NCBI GenBank assembly: GCA_951406725.2
Contig: OX597822.1
Coordinates: forward strand, 54,932,001 to 54,996,000
Reading direction: 5' to 3'
From: Octopus vulgaris
Lineage: Eukaryota
Length of the DNA: 64,000 bases
Both the position numbers and the translations under genes were made by a program. The notes under the pieces were generated by a model. It saw only the letters and a list, made by a program, of their open reading frames with translations, was not told where the DNA came from and ran no database searches. Position 1 is the stretch's first letter. Every line of letters begins with the position of its first letter. Of this stretch, positions 24,234 to 39,079 are shown piece by piece.

Positions 24234-26470
24234 AGCCTCTCTAGATGAAGGTAGGTGGAGTCTCTTCTAAATGTTGATCGACGGTACATCTAATGATGGG
24301 TTCACTATAAAAACACTGGTAGTTGCGCAACTTGAATCGCGAGCTCATATGAGTGACAATGAGAAATCAAAATTTTGGGATCAACGGGGTTAACGAGACT
24401 GGAAGCTTTGATGGTGAAGGTGTCACACCCGGGAAGCTTGGAGTAACTGATCCGGTTCCAGTAGATTGTTACCCAACAATGGATCAGCAGACACGACGGA
24501 CCTGGAGTAAAAGAGTAAACATTGTGATCATAGAGTGTTACTACCTGAGTAACCCTGTAGACATAAATGGTGTTCCTATTAGGGGCTAACTGCTACGTGT
24601 GCATGGACAATGGAGGGAAATGGAGAGAAGAGATTATGCGATCAAGCTAGAGCAATAAGAAAATATCACTGGTTGACAGAAGGTGGGGTCGAAATTCTCA
24701 AAAAGCAGGTGTAAGAAAATAGTAGCAGAAGAAATTATAAAAATGCAGATCTTACTGAAAAAGAGAAGGGGAAGCTTAGCAATTAACAAATATACAGGGC
24801 ACTGAAAAGAAAGTAAAGTCATTGAAAGAACAGACCTAAAAGTAGTAATAGAGTAACTCAAGCAACGTCTTATTGCAAAGAAAGCAAAGATGACAAGATA
24901 TGACTAAAGAGTGAATAAAGAAATATTAGCAAAATAGATTATGCGGAGTAGACCAGAAGAGATTTTACCAAGAAATAAATAGAGAGTGTACAGTTGAAGT
25001 GATGCTGTTAGTTAGCAACGTAAGTCAAAAGTTTGGGAGCGACATCTGGAGTGAGGACGAGGAGCACAAGGAAGATACTGAATTTTTACCAGAACTGGAA
25101 CAACCAACAGCTTGTCCGCAGCGAGCAGAACTAGACATTTTAGTTATGGACTTGACGGAAGTCAGCAAAATGATGGGCAATTTGAAGGCTCCGGGACAAA
25201 TGGAGTTCAAGGCTACTGGATCAAAAATTTAGTGAATATCATGCATGAATAGCTGAACAAATTAACACTTTGTTAAATGCCGACGAAGTGACACCGAAAT
25301 TGCTAACCAGTTTTATGATAGCGCAAAAGGGAATACAGCAGACAGCTGCACACCGATACCACGCTTACCACTTACGTGGAAGTTATTGGCTGGAATAGTC
25401 CAAAATCAATGTACGGGAATCTTGAAGAAAATAGCCAGGTGAGCAGAAAGGGTGCAAGCATATATGCAACTGTACCAAAGATCGACTTCTGATAGACAAA
25501 ACAGTACTTAGAGATTTCAAGAAGAGGAAAATCAACTTTGCCATATAATGAATTGATTACTGTAAGGCCTATGATATGTGCCACATTCTTGGAAAATGGA
25601 ATGTGTGAATATATTTGGTATTGCACCGAATGTCGAGCAATTTCTTAGTAAAATGTAAAGAAGTGGATGACAGAACTGATAGCATATAGAAGCTGAAGCA
25701 CAATAAAAATAAAAAGAGGTTTATTTTAAGGGGACTTTCTGTCCTCACTTGTATAGTGCACGATACCATTAAAATTAGTTTCGAGGAAAGCTAAAGCTGG
25801 GTATGAATTCAAGGGTCTCCAATAAAAGATTAATCACTCGTTATTCATAGACGACCTCGAGTTTTGTGATAAGGATTAATCCCAGGTCAGTTCCCTCACT
25901 GATACAGATTATGCGTTTAGTGCTGACGTCAGAATGGGGTTTGGATTGAAAACGTGTAGTATGTTAGTCTTGAACAGATGCAAAATTAAATGCATGGATG
26001 AATGGGTGACGCCATCGGGGAAAGTTATAAAGCAATTAAATAATGCAGGATATAATTGCTTGGTGGTATTGGAAATGGAGGAGGAAATTTCAGGTGGAAT
26101 ACTTGCGTAGATTGAGACTTGTCCTCAAATCGAAACTGAATGGACGCAATAAGATTAAAGCTGCCAACATAGGGCGATCTCATTCCCTAAATATGAGGCA
26201 GGGGTAATAGAGCCAAACAGCTTAGATCGCAAGGCAAGAAAGCTATTGACCAGATATAAAGTATTTCATCCAAAGAGTGACACAGACAGACTGTATGTAC
26301 CAAGAAAAATAGGAGATTAGATGCGAACACAGCATTAGAACAGAAAAAACATGACAAGGTACATAAAATGTCACAAAACTGATATTGTAGGAAGCAAGAA
26401 GGCCCGGCTTATACAAATATTGAAGATTGTAAAGATAAAATGGAGGAGGAGGAGAGTCGTTCTCAATATT
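24230..26470 (+). mobile_element. Highly degenerate R4/Dong-like LINE including N-terminal region and RT
   Basis: RRTWSKRVNIVIIECYYLS, KAPG, KAYDMCHI, GLF*GDFLS, INHSLFIDDL, FHPKSDTDRLYVPRK; many stops; starts at a (TAA)n array. Confidence 0.8.
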
Positions 26471-26875
26471 GAACAGGTCCCTTATTTTATCAATCCCGAA
26501 AAGAGGCAAAAAAAATTTGTGTTCATATTCATATTTTTTGAGTCATTGGACTGCGGCCATGTTGGAGCATCTCCTTCAAGGATTTAATCAAACTGGTGTT
26601 TATTCTATCGAATCTACTTGTCGAACCGCTATGTTGCCTGACATAAAGGGAATTTTAAAATATGTTGCCTGACATAAAGAGAATCATGGCTGGAAAATCT
26701 TTAGTCAAGGATGCTCTGGAAGAAGCCAACAACGACGATAACAACAATAAACAACAGCGATAACAACAACAGCGGCGGCAGTGGTAACGGCGGCAGCGGT
26801 GGCGGTGGTAGCGACGGGGGCGGCGGCGGCAGCAATGACCACACTAGCTACACATGACAATGGAGATATACGTAC

Positions 26876-26967
26876 TTTGATCGGTGTTTCGCCTCTCAAT
26901 GAAACGACATAGCCACCAATCTTCATCAAAGCATCCCTTGTTGATTCACTGATGTGAATTCTCAGTC
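26876..26967 (-). CDS. Receptor guanylyl cyclase exon (cyclase domain)
   Basis: 92 nt, ctgcag|GA...AAA|gtacgt; (G)LRIHISESTRDALMKIGGYVVSLRGETPIK; phase 1/0. Confidence 0.93.
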
Positions 26968-29115
26968 CTGCAGCAACAACAAAAACAACAATATCAATAA
27001 TAACTGTAACAGCAACAGTAACAATAACTGAGAAAGCATCTATGAACTGCTAGAAATAGCAGCCAAATCTCCTTGAAATCGCATATTATCACCTGAAAAA
27101 AAGAAAAGCATCAAAGCAATATGAAACGAAATGGACGTGGGGATGGCTGCTAGAGGTAGTAGGCAAACCGATCTCAAATTATACCTTACAATACGGTAGG
27201 GAGTAATTTGAAGAAAATACAGTTCTGGATATATAAGGGATATATAAGGGATATATAAGGGCGGAGAGAAGGATATATTGGTAATATGTGTTAATAGGTC
27301 TCCTCAACTAATGCTAAATTGCACCTAATCTAGAAAAACAATAACAACAATAATTATTATTATCGCTTCTACTAAAGGCACAGAGCCTGAAATTATGGGA
27401 TGAGGGGACCAATCGATTACACTGACCCCAGTGTTTCACTGGTACTTAATTTATCGACCCCGAGAGGTTGACAAGCAAAGTCGACTTCGACAGAATTTGA
27501 TAATGATAATAATAACAATAACTTTTTAGTATAGGCACAAGGCTTGGAATTTGGTGGGGAGAGAGGTAAGTCTATTGTATCGACCCCAGTGATCCTCAAA
27601 AAGATGGAAGAAAAAGTTGGAACTTTTCTGAAAGAGAAAATAAGGAAGCTATTCTCAAAGAGCTGACCCGACGGTTTACAACAGTAAATTTCGCCCTGCA
27701 TAAGGACAAACGCGTTGCGTTACACCGCGATACACCGGGTAATGGAGTAAATCCATTATCCAAAGATTCTGAAGGGAAAGGATTGAAACAAATACCACAT
27801 GGTATCTTCTCTAACGTTCTAACCATTCCACGATTCCAATGACTGTCATGGACTGGTACTTTATTTTATCAGCCTCGAAAAGATGAAAAGCAAAATCAGC
27901 CTTGGCAAGAGTTGAACTCTGAGCGCAGTGAACTAGAGCAATTATCGCAACGACGTTCTAACGACTCTGTCACTTAGCTGGAATACGATGCAAACAGATC
28001 CAAACAAAACTGACTTTTATTAATATTTCACTGTTGCAAGGCGGTGAGCTGGCAGAAACATTAACACTGCGGGGGAAAATGCTTTGTGGTACTTCGTCAG
28101 TTTTTTACGTTCTGAGTTCAAATTCTACCGAGGTTGACTTTGCTTTTTCATCCTTTTGGGGTTAATAAAATAAGTATTCGTTGAACACTGAGGTCGATGT
28201 TATCAATTTACCCCCTAAATTGCTGACCTTGTGCCAAAATTTGAAACCAGTTTTTCAATGCTGCTATTGTTCTTGTTTAATCTCATATCAACCCAAGCTG
28301 AACGGACCTTATGATTAAAGGCATTTCAACAATAACCATCTCGTCTTTCACGTGAGCTATATGGCGGTAGGGATAGTCTAAGGGAAATTTTGGCTCCTAT
28401 TTCTTGTCGGTGGATTTATCACATAGTAGTTCTTCGCTCGCCTCTTTTTTCAAAATTTTCTTTTAATCTTTTTCTTTTCTTTTTCGAGTGCCTATGACAC
28501 ATTTTAGGGACTCTAAGAGTAGTGAAGGGAAGCGAAAAGTTAACCCCAGTTAGGAAACCTAACCCGAATGCTTGCAACATAGTCGACTCTACTAAAGGAA
28601 CTCACGGGCCAGCCAACTAGTTTGCTCCTTATACAGATGACTTTTTATTTTTTAAATATATATAATAGTCATGCTCTAGAACGACCACAGCTCACTGGCT
28701 GAAATACAGTAAAACAAAATTAAACTAAATGCTGCTTCAGTTTTGTTATACTTGAACATCTAGATACAAAAAGAAGAAAACACAGGTCAAGAAATAACAC
28801 GGTCGAGTGCATAATCTCAATCACAGCGATTTGTGATTTGAGAAATAAGTAGTATCGTCTTTCACTCTAACATCGCACGCACACCACATACTCGCACGAA
28901 CACGACCGATTGCAAGCAAAGAAAGGATCCTTAGCAAGTTGTATTTCTCAAGTTATTCGATGCGGTCAATGTTAACTTAACACAACTTCCTAACGTATTT
29001 TGCTTTCAGATTCTGGATATTCAAAACCCCCTTGCAGTTAGAGTATTTCTCATACGACATAACAAATGCATTCAATTTTCAAATTTTAGGGGTTTGCATT
29101 CTGAATATTTCTATT

Positions 29116-29187
<72 letters not shown>

Positions 29188-29217
29188 TCTCTCTCTCTCT
29201 CTATGTATGTATGTACG

Positions 29218-29282
<65 letters not shown>

Positions 29283-29518
29283 GTGAATATATATATATAT
29301 TACAAATAAGAAAATGGAGAAACACATTAGTTGGTTTATCAGCTTTAGGATATTAGAATGTTGACTTATTTATTTATCAAAACAACAACCATAATAACAT
29401 ACATATATACAGTATAAAATTCAACACATATAAGATAAGAATACAAGTAGTTATTAAAAAAAGCATTAGTATAAATTATTAAAATCATTAAAATCGCTTA
29501 CAGCTGTTTCAGTCTATG

Positions 29519-29570
<52 letters not shown>

Positions 29571-30202
29571 TTCTCTTTTTCTCTCTTTTACTTGTTTCAG
29601 TCATTTGACTGCGGCCATGCTGGAGCACCGCCTTTAATCGAGCAACTCGACCCCGGGACTTATTCTTTTGTAAGCCCAGTACTTATTCTATCGGGCTCTT
29701 TTGCCGAACCGCTAAGTAACGGGGACATAAACACACCAGCATCGGTTGTCAAGCAATGCTAGGGGGACAAACACAGACACACAAACACGCACATACACAC
29801 ATATATATATACATATATATGACAGGCTTCTTTCAGTTTCCGTCTACCAAATCCACTCACAAGGCTTTGGTCGGCCCGGGGCTATAGCAGAAGACACTTG
29901 CCCAAGATGCCACGCAGTGGGACTGAACCCGGAACCATGTGGTTGGTTAGCAAGCTACTTACCACACAGCCACTCATGTTTTGTATTGTTTTTATTATTC
30001 AGCTTTTATATTAGAAACGTTGATACCACACTATATAATCAGAAAAAATAATATTAGTGATAACATTGAGGATACATCAGACCATGTTATAGAATGAGTC
30101 TTTAATATCACACAGCATATATGATACAGCGGAATGGATTATTAAAGACAGTAAACGAAAAACACACAAGGATTTTCAAGCTGTTAGAAAAATAGTCATT
30201 TA

Positions 30203-30352
<150 letters not shown>

Positions 30353-30989
30353 TCAAGAGCAATGAGAAGAAGAAGAAGTAAAAGATAGATAAGAATATCG
30401 AGTCTTTGAATAATTGTGTTGCTTTTGTGACCGTTCATTTTGAAAGCGCTTAAGTGTGTCTCAAAATAATATCTGCGAATGGAAAAATCAATGTATTTGT
30501 AAAGCTGTGCGTTTATTTTATGTACGTCTTCGGCAGAATATTCATTTATATTCTAAGAGAGTTTTCTTCTTCTTCTTCTTCTTCTTCTTCTTCTTCTTCT
30601 TCTTCTTCTTCTTCTTCTTCTTCTTCTTCTTCTTCTTCTTCTTCGTCGTCGTCGTCGTCGTTATCCTACAGAGAGGCGCCATCAAGGAAAATTGATGTCT
30701 AAATTATTTGTTGACTTTGACTTGGCTAACTTCACGAGTGATCCATTTTGCACACATACACATACACACTCACACACGTACGTATCTTTTACTTTGTTTC
30801 CGTCATTAGAGTGCGGCCATGCCGAGGCACCATCTTAAAGAATGAAACGACCCCAGTGCTTTTTTTAAGGTCGGTATTTATTCTATCGATTTCTTTTGCC
30901 AAGCTGCTAATTTACGGGGACATAAACATACCAACATCAGTTTTCAAGTTGTGGTGAGAGACAAACAGACACAAAAACACACACACACA

Positions 30990-31073
<84 letters not shown>

Positions 31074-31239
31074 ATTTCAACAATTGAGGGTAAAATTAAT
31101 TAATTAATAATCAATTTCACCAAGTATTCAGTATGTAAAGGGACCATTTCTATGTAAAGGGACCAGTATGTAAAGGGACCAGCTGCTATTTCTAATGAGT
31201 TCAGTATGTGGCAAAGTAATTTATTTTACTAAGCCCTTT

Positions 31240-31300
<61 letters not shown>

Positions 31301-31306
<6 letters not shown>

Positions 31307-32589
31307 CATCCCATAAGTTCTGTCCGATTTTACCTTTTTTAAAATTGAATGAAATTTAATAGTATTTTAGAATGTCTAATGGAATTTAAAATTATTTTTA
31401 TGAATTTGTGTACATTTAAACTAATTAACTATTATTTTGCAGAATAATAGAATTAAAATTTATTTGATTAAAACCTTTTCTAACATGGAAGTATCCAAAG
31501 AGCATTTGAGGCACATAATCCTTTATGAGTACAAAAAAGGAAACTCTGCTGCCGAAGCTACTCGAAACATACACTCAGTTTATGGGAAAGAATGCTTGAA
31601 TGAAAGAACTTGCAGAAAATGGTTTGCAAAATTCAGAAGTGAAGAGTTCAGCCTTGAAGATGAAGATCGAACAGGACGTCTAGTTGAGTTTGATAATAAG
31701 TTCCTTGAGGCATCACTTGAAGAAAATCCCGCATTATCACTTGAAGAATTGGCAATAAAGCTTAGTTCAAACTATACAACTCTTCATCGTCATCTTCAAC
31801 AACTTGGAAAGGTTCCTAAACTTGGAAAATGGGTGCCTCATGATTTGTCCAAAAGCAACCGCAAATCCCAAGTTGACATCTGCTCTTCTCTCTATTCTCG
31901 CGAACTCATTTCACCCTTTTTGGATAGACTTGTGACTGGTGACGAAAAATGGATCTTCTATCGAAATGTTAAACTTCGTAAACAGTGGCTTAGTAAAAGG
32001 GAAAAAGCTCAACCACAACCAAGAAGGGAACTTCATGGGAAAAAGGTTCTTTTCTCTATCTGGTTGGAGTGCAAAGAAGTAATTCAGTTTGAATTGTTAC
32101 CACCTAATGCAACAATCAGTGCTCAAGTCTACTGTTAGCAATTAGAGCGTTTGAACCAAGCTTTGAAGAAAAAAATACCCGCTTTAGTGAATCGAAAAGG
32201 AGTGATGTTTCATCAAGACAATGCGTGACCCCACACTGCAAAGAATCACATCACAGAAGATCGAAGAGCTTGGTTGAGAAAAAATTCCTCATCCACCTTA
32301 TTCTCCCGACCTTGCTCCTTCAGATTACCATTTGTTCCGTAGTTTACAGAATCATTTGGGGGACATATCTTTCGCAAGCCAGGAGGAGGTCGAAACTGAT
32401 ATTTCAGAGATCTTCGCTTTGAAACCAAAAGAGTTTTACATTGATGGGATTAAAAGTCTTGTAAATAGATGGAAGGAAGTTATAGATAATCACGGAAAGT
32501 ACATTGATGACTAAATTTCAATTAAATATAACATTTCATCTCTTGTTTTCTTTATTCAAAATTCGGACACAACTTATGGGATGACCTGA
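31301..32589 (+). mobile_element. Full-length mariner element (1289 bp)
   Basis: TIRs T(A/C)AGGTCATCCCATAAGTT(C/G)TGTCCGA at both ends, TA on each side, internal transposase. Confidence 0.95.
31485..32514 (+). pseudogene. Mariner (DD34D-type) transposase pseudogene
   Basis: WVPHDL, VTGDEKW, HQDNA, HPPYSPDLAPSDYHLF; premature stops (32136-32138, 32226-32228) and a frameshift. Confidence 0.93.
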
Positions 32590-32758
32590 TATATGACGGT
32601 CTTCTTTTAGTTTCCATCTTCCAAGCCCACTTATAAGACTTTGGTCCCCCTGAGGTTATAGTAGAGGACACTCGCCCAAAGTGCCATGCGGTGAGGGTGA
32701 GCTCGGAATATGATTGGGAAGCAAGCTTCTTACCATGCAGCTACGCCTGCGCCCACAT

Positions 32759-32803
<45 letters not shown>

Positions 32804-33489
32804 CTCTGAGATGCAGCACGGAATTTTGTTATATATATATATATATAAAAAATGTGTATATATCTGCAGAACAGATCAGCAAAACTGTAAAAATCAGTGA
32901 CAGCAGTGGCAGTAACAGCAACAGCAGTGGAGGCGCAATGGCCCAATGGTTAGGGCAGCGGACTCGCGGTCGGAGGATTACGGTTTCGATTTCCAGACCG
33001 GGCGTTGTGTGTGTTTATTGAGCAAAAACACCTAAAGATCCACGAGGCTCCGGCAGGGGCGGGGCGACCCCTGTTGTACTCTTTCGCTCCAACTTTCTCT
33101 CACGCTTTCTTCCTGTTTCTTGTCTCCGACTTCCTACGCAACCGCTGAGTCTGGATGCGCATTCATCCATCCGTCGATGCTCTCGGTGTCGGGGGTTGAC
33201 CTGCTTTCTCTTCTGCGGGTCTTACGAATAACAAAGGACCACGTTTCGGACTTCTCCCACTACAGACAATCCAGAGGCGCGATCTTGCGAGCTCTGGGAC
33301 GATGACGGCTTCGCTCAACAAACAAACAAACAGCAACAGCAACAACAATAGTAATAACAACACAGCACGAAAAAACTATGAAACAAAAGAGAATAATGTC
33401 AACAAAACGTAACACCAACACTAGCAAGAACACTGCCGCCACCACCACCACTAGCGGTAACAGCCGTTCAATAACGTCGTGGGACGCTG

Positions 33490-35100
33490 GACGGAGGGAC
33501 CGGTTAAACTGTGCGGAGTCTGGTTTGGTCTGAGTCTCTAGGTGGAGAGCAACTGAGATGGAGTAACGAGCGAGGTGGCCAATCTCACAAAGAAATGGGC
33601 CGAGAGAAAGCTGTCTTTGAAATGTCGGACAGAGGTGGCGCATGCACACATCATCCCCGTTATGTATTACCGCCTGACCGTCGTGTCTTGCCCCAGTTTA
33701 CGTCTGGCCAAGCTGGAGCGCGTACTCTTTCGCTTTCTGTAGAAGGGATGCGTTCCACTGGTCAGGATTGACATTTGTTGTTAATACCTGCTGAATGGAG
33801 GACTGAGCATGCCGTGGCTACTGATGCGCACACATGCGCTGAGGCTATGCTATCTCTAACGCTTCCTTGACGGTGAGCAGATGTAATCATCGTTTGTCAG
33901 ACAGGATTTTCCACAGCTCGTCTCTTTGTCTGAGCTGCAGTCGTGAATCAAGCGTAGACCGAAGTAGGGCGCCTGGCACCTAAAGTGTTGTCAGGCGCCC
34001 ACTGTTCTCTGTCAGTAGGGCAATGCGGTTAGTGAAAGTTCTACTTTGGCGTTCTACAGAGGGTTTATGGCCAGCAAGTGCGATGACGTTCTCGAGGAAT
34101 TATTAAGGCAAGGTAATGGCAGAAGCGTTTGAGGATTCGACAGAATAGGGCGTCGACAAGAATTAACTAGTTGTTCTGTTCCAGAGAACTTTCGGGCTGG
34201 GGTACATGGATAATTTCCAGAAATCCCTGATCTTGCAGGGCTACTGAGGAGCATTGTCGGTTCTGGATAATCTTTACAGCCATGGAAGTATCGTCAGGTG
34301 ATCTTACCCGAGATGCACGTAGAGCGATGAAACTGTTTTGCACATTCTCGTATAGTTCCCAAGCATTGCTGACCTGTGAGATTATGCCGAACACCTGCTG
34401 TCACCTGTAGGACGGATCTGGCTATAGGCTGAGTCCATTGTAAAGATCGTCCCGCCACCTTCCTTAGGCCGAGAAGAGCAAGCAATGTTTCCTTGCCTGG
34501 TGGCCTTTGCAAAAGAAGTTGTGTAATGGATCAGATTGAAAGGCCTAAAGATAGATACATTCCTCTTCATCCAAGCCCTCAACAACATTTTCAAGTTTTA
34601 CTTGAAAAGGAAGGTGATGGTAGAGAGGGAAGTGCTACTTCCCAACCATTTTATTGAAAGGTGTGTGAATGTGACAAGAATGGTCCGAGTGAGCCTGTAG
34701 ATTGAAAAAAAAATGATGTGGAGGGGGCACTTAACGTAGTGGTCAGGACGACCCTGGTTTTGTAGGGCCTCCACGAGCAGCCCTAGAAAGTCTCCCACTT
34801 TCGGAGAATTATTCCGGAGTGACCGGTTAAATTGTACGGAGTCTGGTTTGGTCCGAATCTCTAGGTGAAGAACCACTGAGACGGAGTAACGAGCAAGGTG
34901 GCCAATCTCACAAAGAAATGGGCCGAGAGAAAGCTGTCTCTGAAAGGTCGGACAGAGGTGGCGCTTGCACACATCATCACGAGCAGCCCTAGTAAGTCTC
35001 CCACTTTTGGAAAATTATTCATTGTTAAATTTAATTTTGCTACTGTTTGGACTTTTTACACACCTTTTATGTAACCCCACATTATATTGCCCTGCATCGT
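33490..35100 (+). mobile_element. Degenerate Tx1/L1-clade LINE ORF2 3' region with internal duplication
   Basis: PVKLCGVWFG..KKWAERKLSLKCRTEVAHAHIIPVMYYRLTVV; ~33495-33654 recurs at ~34820-34978; related to 61690-63265. Confidence 0.75.
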
Positions 35101-35432
35101 ATAAAACATTATTTGATGAAAACTCACAGCTTATTATACTGGGTGTGATGGAAAGTGTCGGCTGTCCGTGACACTTGTTTACTGGTCATGCTTCAAGAAC
35201 TCTGCAAAGAATTCTTAGGGTTCTATGCAATCCTAATTTTTGTAGGTGTTCTGTCTTTACTTCTGTACCAATCTTTTGGAGTCATGTTGGTAGTTGAGTG
35301 CTGATACCTCCAAATGCGCCAATTACTTTGCCTTTCATCCCCTTCTAGTCGATAAATTAAGTACCAGCTGAGTACTGGGTCGATGTAATCGACTATCCTC
35401 CTCCCCCAAATTTCAGGCCTTGTGTGGTAAGG

Positions 35433-35570
<138 letters not shown>

Positions 35571-35595
35571 GTTATTGTTATTGTTATTGTTATTA

Positions 35596-35657
<62 letters not shown>

Positions 35658-36167
35658 GTTATTGTTATTATTATTATTATTATCATTATTAAAGGCGGTG
35701 AGTGGGCAGAAACGTTAGCACGCCAGGCGAAATGCTTAGCAGTATTTCGTCTGTTTTTACGCTCTGAGTTCAAATTCTGCCGAGGTCGACTTTGCCTTTC
35801 ATCCTTTCGGGGTTGATTTAATTAAGTACCAGTTGCGTACTGGGATCGATCTAAGTGACTGGCCCCCCTCCCCAAAAATTTCGCGCCTTGTGCTTAGAGT
35901 AGAAAAGATTATTATTATTATTATTATTATTATTAAAAGCGGCGAGCTGGAAGAATCGATAGCACAGCGGACGAAATGCTTAGCGGTATTTTGTCTGTCC
36001 CTACGTTTTGAATTCAAATTCTGCTGAGGTTGACTGTGCCTTTCATCCTTTCGGGGTCGATAAAATAAGTGCCAAATGAACACTGGGGCCGATGTAATCA
36101 ACCAGTCCCCTCCCTCAAAATGGCTGCCCCTGTGGCAAAATTTTAAACCATTATTATTATTATCATT

Positions 36168-37685
36168 CAGTATACTTAGTTTTATCACGTGCTTTCATTG
36201 CACTACCGAGCGCAGCTCTATGTGCCTTGGGTATGTAGTGTGGTTTGTTGTGGTGCTCTTATTGTTACTGTATTGAAAGTGTTTTGCGTAGGATGTGTAC
36301 GGTGCCTAGTAGTGCTATTTTCTGTATGCTATATATATTTGTTAGTCCTGGTGTTTTAGTTATGTATTTGTCTGAATATTTTTTTATTACACCTAATGCG
36401 CCTATTATGATAGGAATTGTTTCTGTTTTTAGATTCCACATTCGAGTTACCTTTATTTCTAGGTCTTTGTATTTTGTAAGTTTCTACATTTCTTTTAAAG
36501 AAACGCTGTCATTCGTTGGTATTGTTATATCGATTAGAAAGCATTTTTTTTTCTTGATGATTTCTGACAACTATATCTGTGTGTATTGGCATATCCCATA
36601 GTATGGTCGCTTTCTCATTTTCAGTTACCTTTTCTGACGTGTACCTATACCATCTTTTTACTGTTGTTACTCCATAGTGTTGGCATAGCTACCTGTGTAT
36701 ACAGGTCCCAAATCTGTCATGTCTGTGAATATACTCCTTCTTAGCCAGGACTGGGCAGCCAGAGACAATATGGTCTATTGTTTCTTGTCCATTTCCACAT
36801 ATTTTGCCGTTACTTGTTATGTTTCTTCTCATTATATGATTTTGGTAATTTCTGGTGGGCAGGCTTTGGTCTTGTGCTATAATTAAAAATCCTTTAGTCT
36901 CTGCTTTGAGTAATGAGCTTCTCAGCCATTGTTGGGATTTTGCTTTGTCTATTTCTTTTGCGTTTAGTTTAACCCAGTATTTGCCATGAAAGGGCTTTTC
37001 TTGCCATCGTTTGATCCGCTGCAGTTCCAGTTTTAGTTTGGATTTCAGTTGTTTACAGCTTTTGTTGTTTCTTCTTTTTCTTCATAGTTGTAAGGTAGTA
37101 TGACTTTTTTGTATTTGTCAGCTTCCTTAAAGACTGAAAACAGTTTTTTTGTTTGTTTTGTTTGTGTTTTGTATCTCTTTGTATTAGTTTTCCTTGCTTC
37201 TGAAGTAGATATTTTTGTAGCCCTACGGTGATTATTTTGTAATAGATTTCTAGCTGTTTAACCATACGTTCTATATATAACCTTTCTATGTCAGATTTTG
37301 GACGGTGCATCCTAAATCCTGTCATTATTTTCCTTCTTTTCCTGTCTATTTTGATTAGTTCATTTAGTGTCCAGTTAAGGATATTGTAGCTGCAACTTAT
37401 ACCTGGGACGGCTAGAGTGTTGATATCTATTATCTTGTTTTTCGCAGTGAGCTCTGTTTTCAGTATTGAGTTAACTCATCTATAGTATTCTTTTATTATT
37501 TTCTCTTTCATTTGTCTGTGTTGTATCGTATCCAGTTCATTGATTCCTAAGTATTTGTATGTCTGGCTTTGGTCTAATTCCCTTATTTCATTTGCTTTAT
37601 CGAGTGAGATGTTTCTACTCTTAACTAGTTTTCCTCTTTTCAAGATTGCTTTGGCACATTTTTTTAAGCCATATTTCATTACTGC
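36168..37685 (-). mobile_element. Degenerate R4/Dong-like LINE (family 2), 5'-truncated
   Basis: Minus strand: YGLKKCAK, YKYLGI, HRPKSDIERLY, RHD, IPIIIGALG; 3' end abuts TTA repeats. Confidence 0.88.
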
Positions 37686-37719
37686 CCCTATGGAAAAAAT
37701 TGAAGCCATTATCATAATT

Positions 37720-37783
<64 letters not shown>

Positions 37784-38100
37784 CTGCTTTTGTTGTTGCT
37801 TCGTTCATTCATTTCTGTTTATTTACTTAATATTTTCCAACCAAATGATATATAGTTTTGTAGTTATTTTTTGGTTTTCGTTTGATGTTTATGCCTTTGT
37901 AATTAATGTAGGTATAAAAATAGTTGGCGGATTACCGATTCTCAATATTTGATTGGTGAATCTTATCTAAAACACGATAATAAGATGGCTTGATATAAGT
38001 CAGTTGATTGTTTATGGTTAATAAGAATATCAGAGAAGGGCGGAAATATGCAGGTAGTTTTAGATTAGAAAATGACAGCTGTTTATTTTTTGTTGATTTA

Positions 38101-38168
<68 letters not shown>

Positions 38169-38192
38169 TATCAACCTTGATTTTTGTGATTA

Positions 38193-38241
<49 letters not shown>

Positions 38242-38470
38242 CACACACACACTCAAGCCCACACACCTACTAGATGAGTGCAGGCTTATCCACACCTACT
38301 AACATATGTGATGCACGCATTATTTCACATCGCCACAAACCCCAAAAGCTTAAACAAAAGCGCTTTGTCACTTCGTTAGACTTCAGCTTACATTCTGGAA
38401 AGGGGAAAATAATTAAACCCCTGAGAAATGTACATACATACATACATACATACATACATACATACATACA

Positions 38471-38504
<34 letters not shown>

Positions 38505-39079
38505 CATATATGCATGTATATATCTGTGTACGTATGTTTGTCTATATTTGTGTGTATATCTTTGTCTCTGTGGAACAGATATAGAATAATATGAGAGTTA
38601 ACCACCTATTCGCACCTGTTTTTTGTTTTCTTTTTTAAAGTTAAGATCGTGTTAAATATCCGGTTAAGGAAAGAAATCTATGTCGTATTAAAGACCTGTT
38701 GACGTCAAACATACACCTATATCATATAACATGGGCCTTCTTTCGTTGCAATTTGAAGTTTAATGTAACAAATGAGTGTAAGAAATACGTGCGCAACGAA
38801 ATACAATATGAGAAGCAGTTGTTTACTTTTGGTAGTATGCTTCACTTAAATAAAAAGTGATAGTCTGGTCTCATTCCACAGGACACAGACACAATGGCTT
38901 CATGTATCATGGAAACAATTCGTACCTCATTCTTTCTAGACTAAGATAACGCGCATTTCTACCCTCTTGAAATGCTGCAAATATTAAACCGCAAATCCAC
39001 CAATGATATCTGCTGATATGGCTGTATTCGTAACATAGAGAAAAAAAAAACTTGCATCCCAAATATTTGCCTTCTTCTT

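Larger units (their letters stand above)
30788..32753 (-). mobile_element. SINE family B copy split by later insertions
   Basis: 3' half ~30788-30980, 5' half ~32592-32753; between them (CA)n/(TA)n, a ~175-bp insert and the mariner. Confidence 0.75.
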
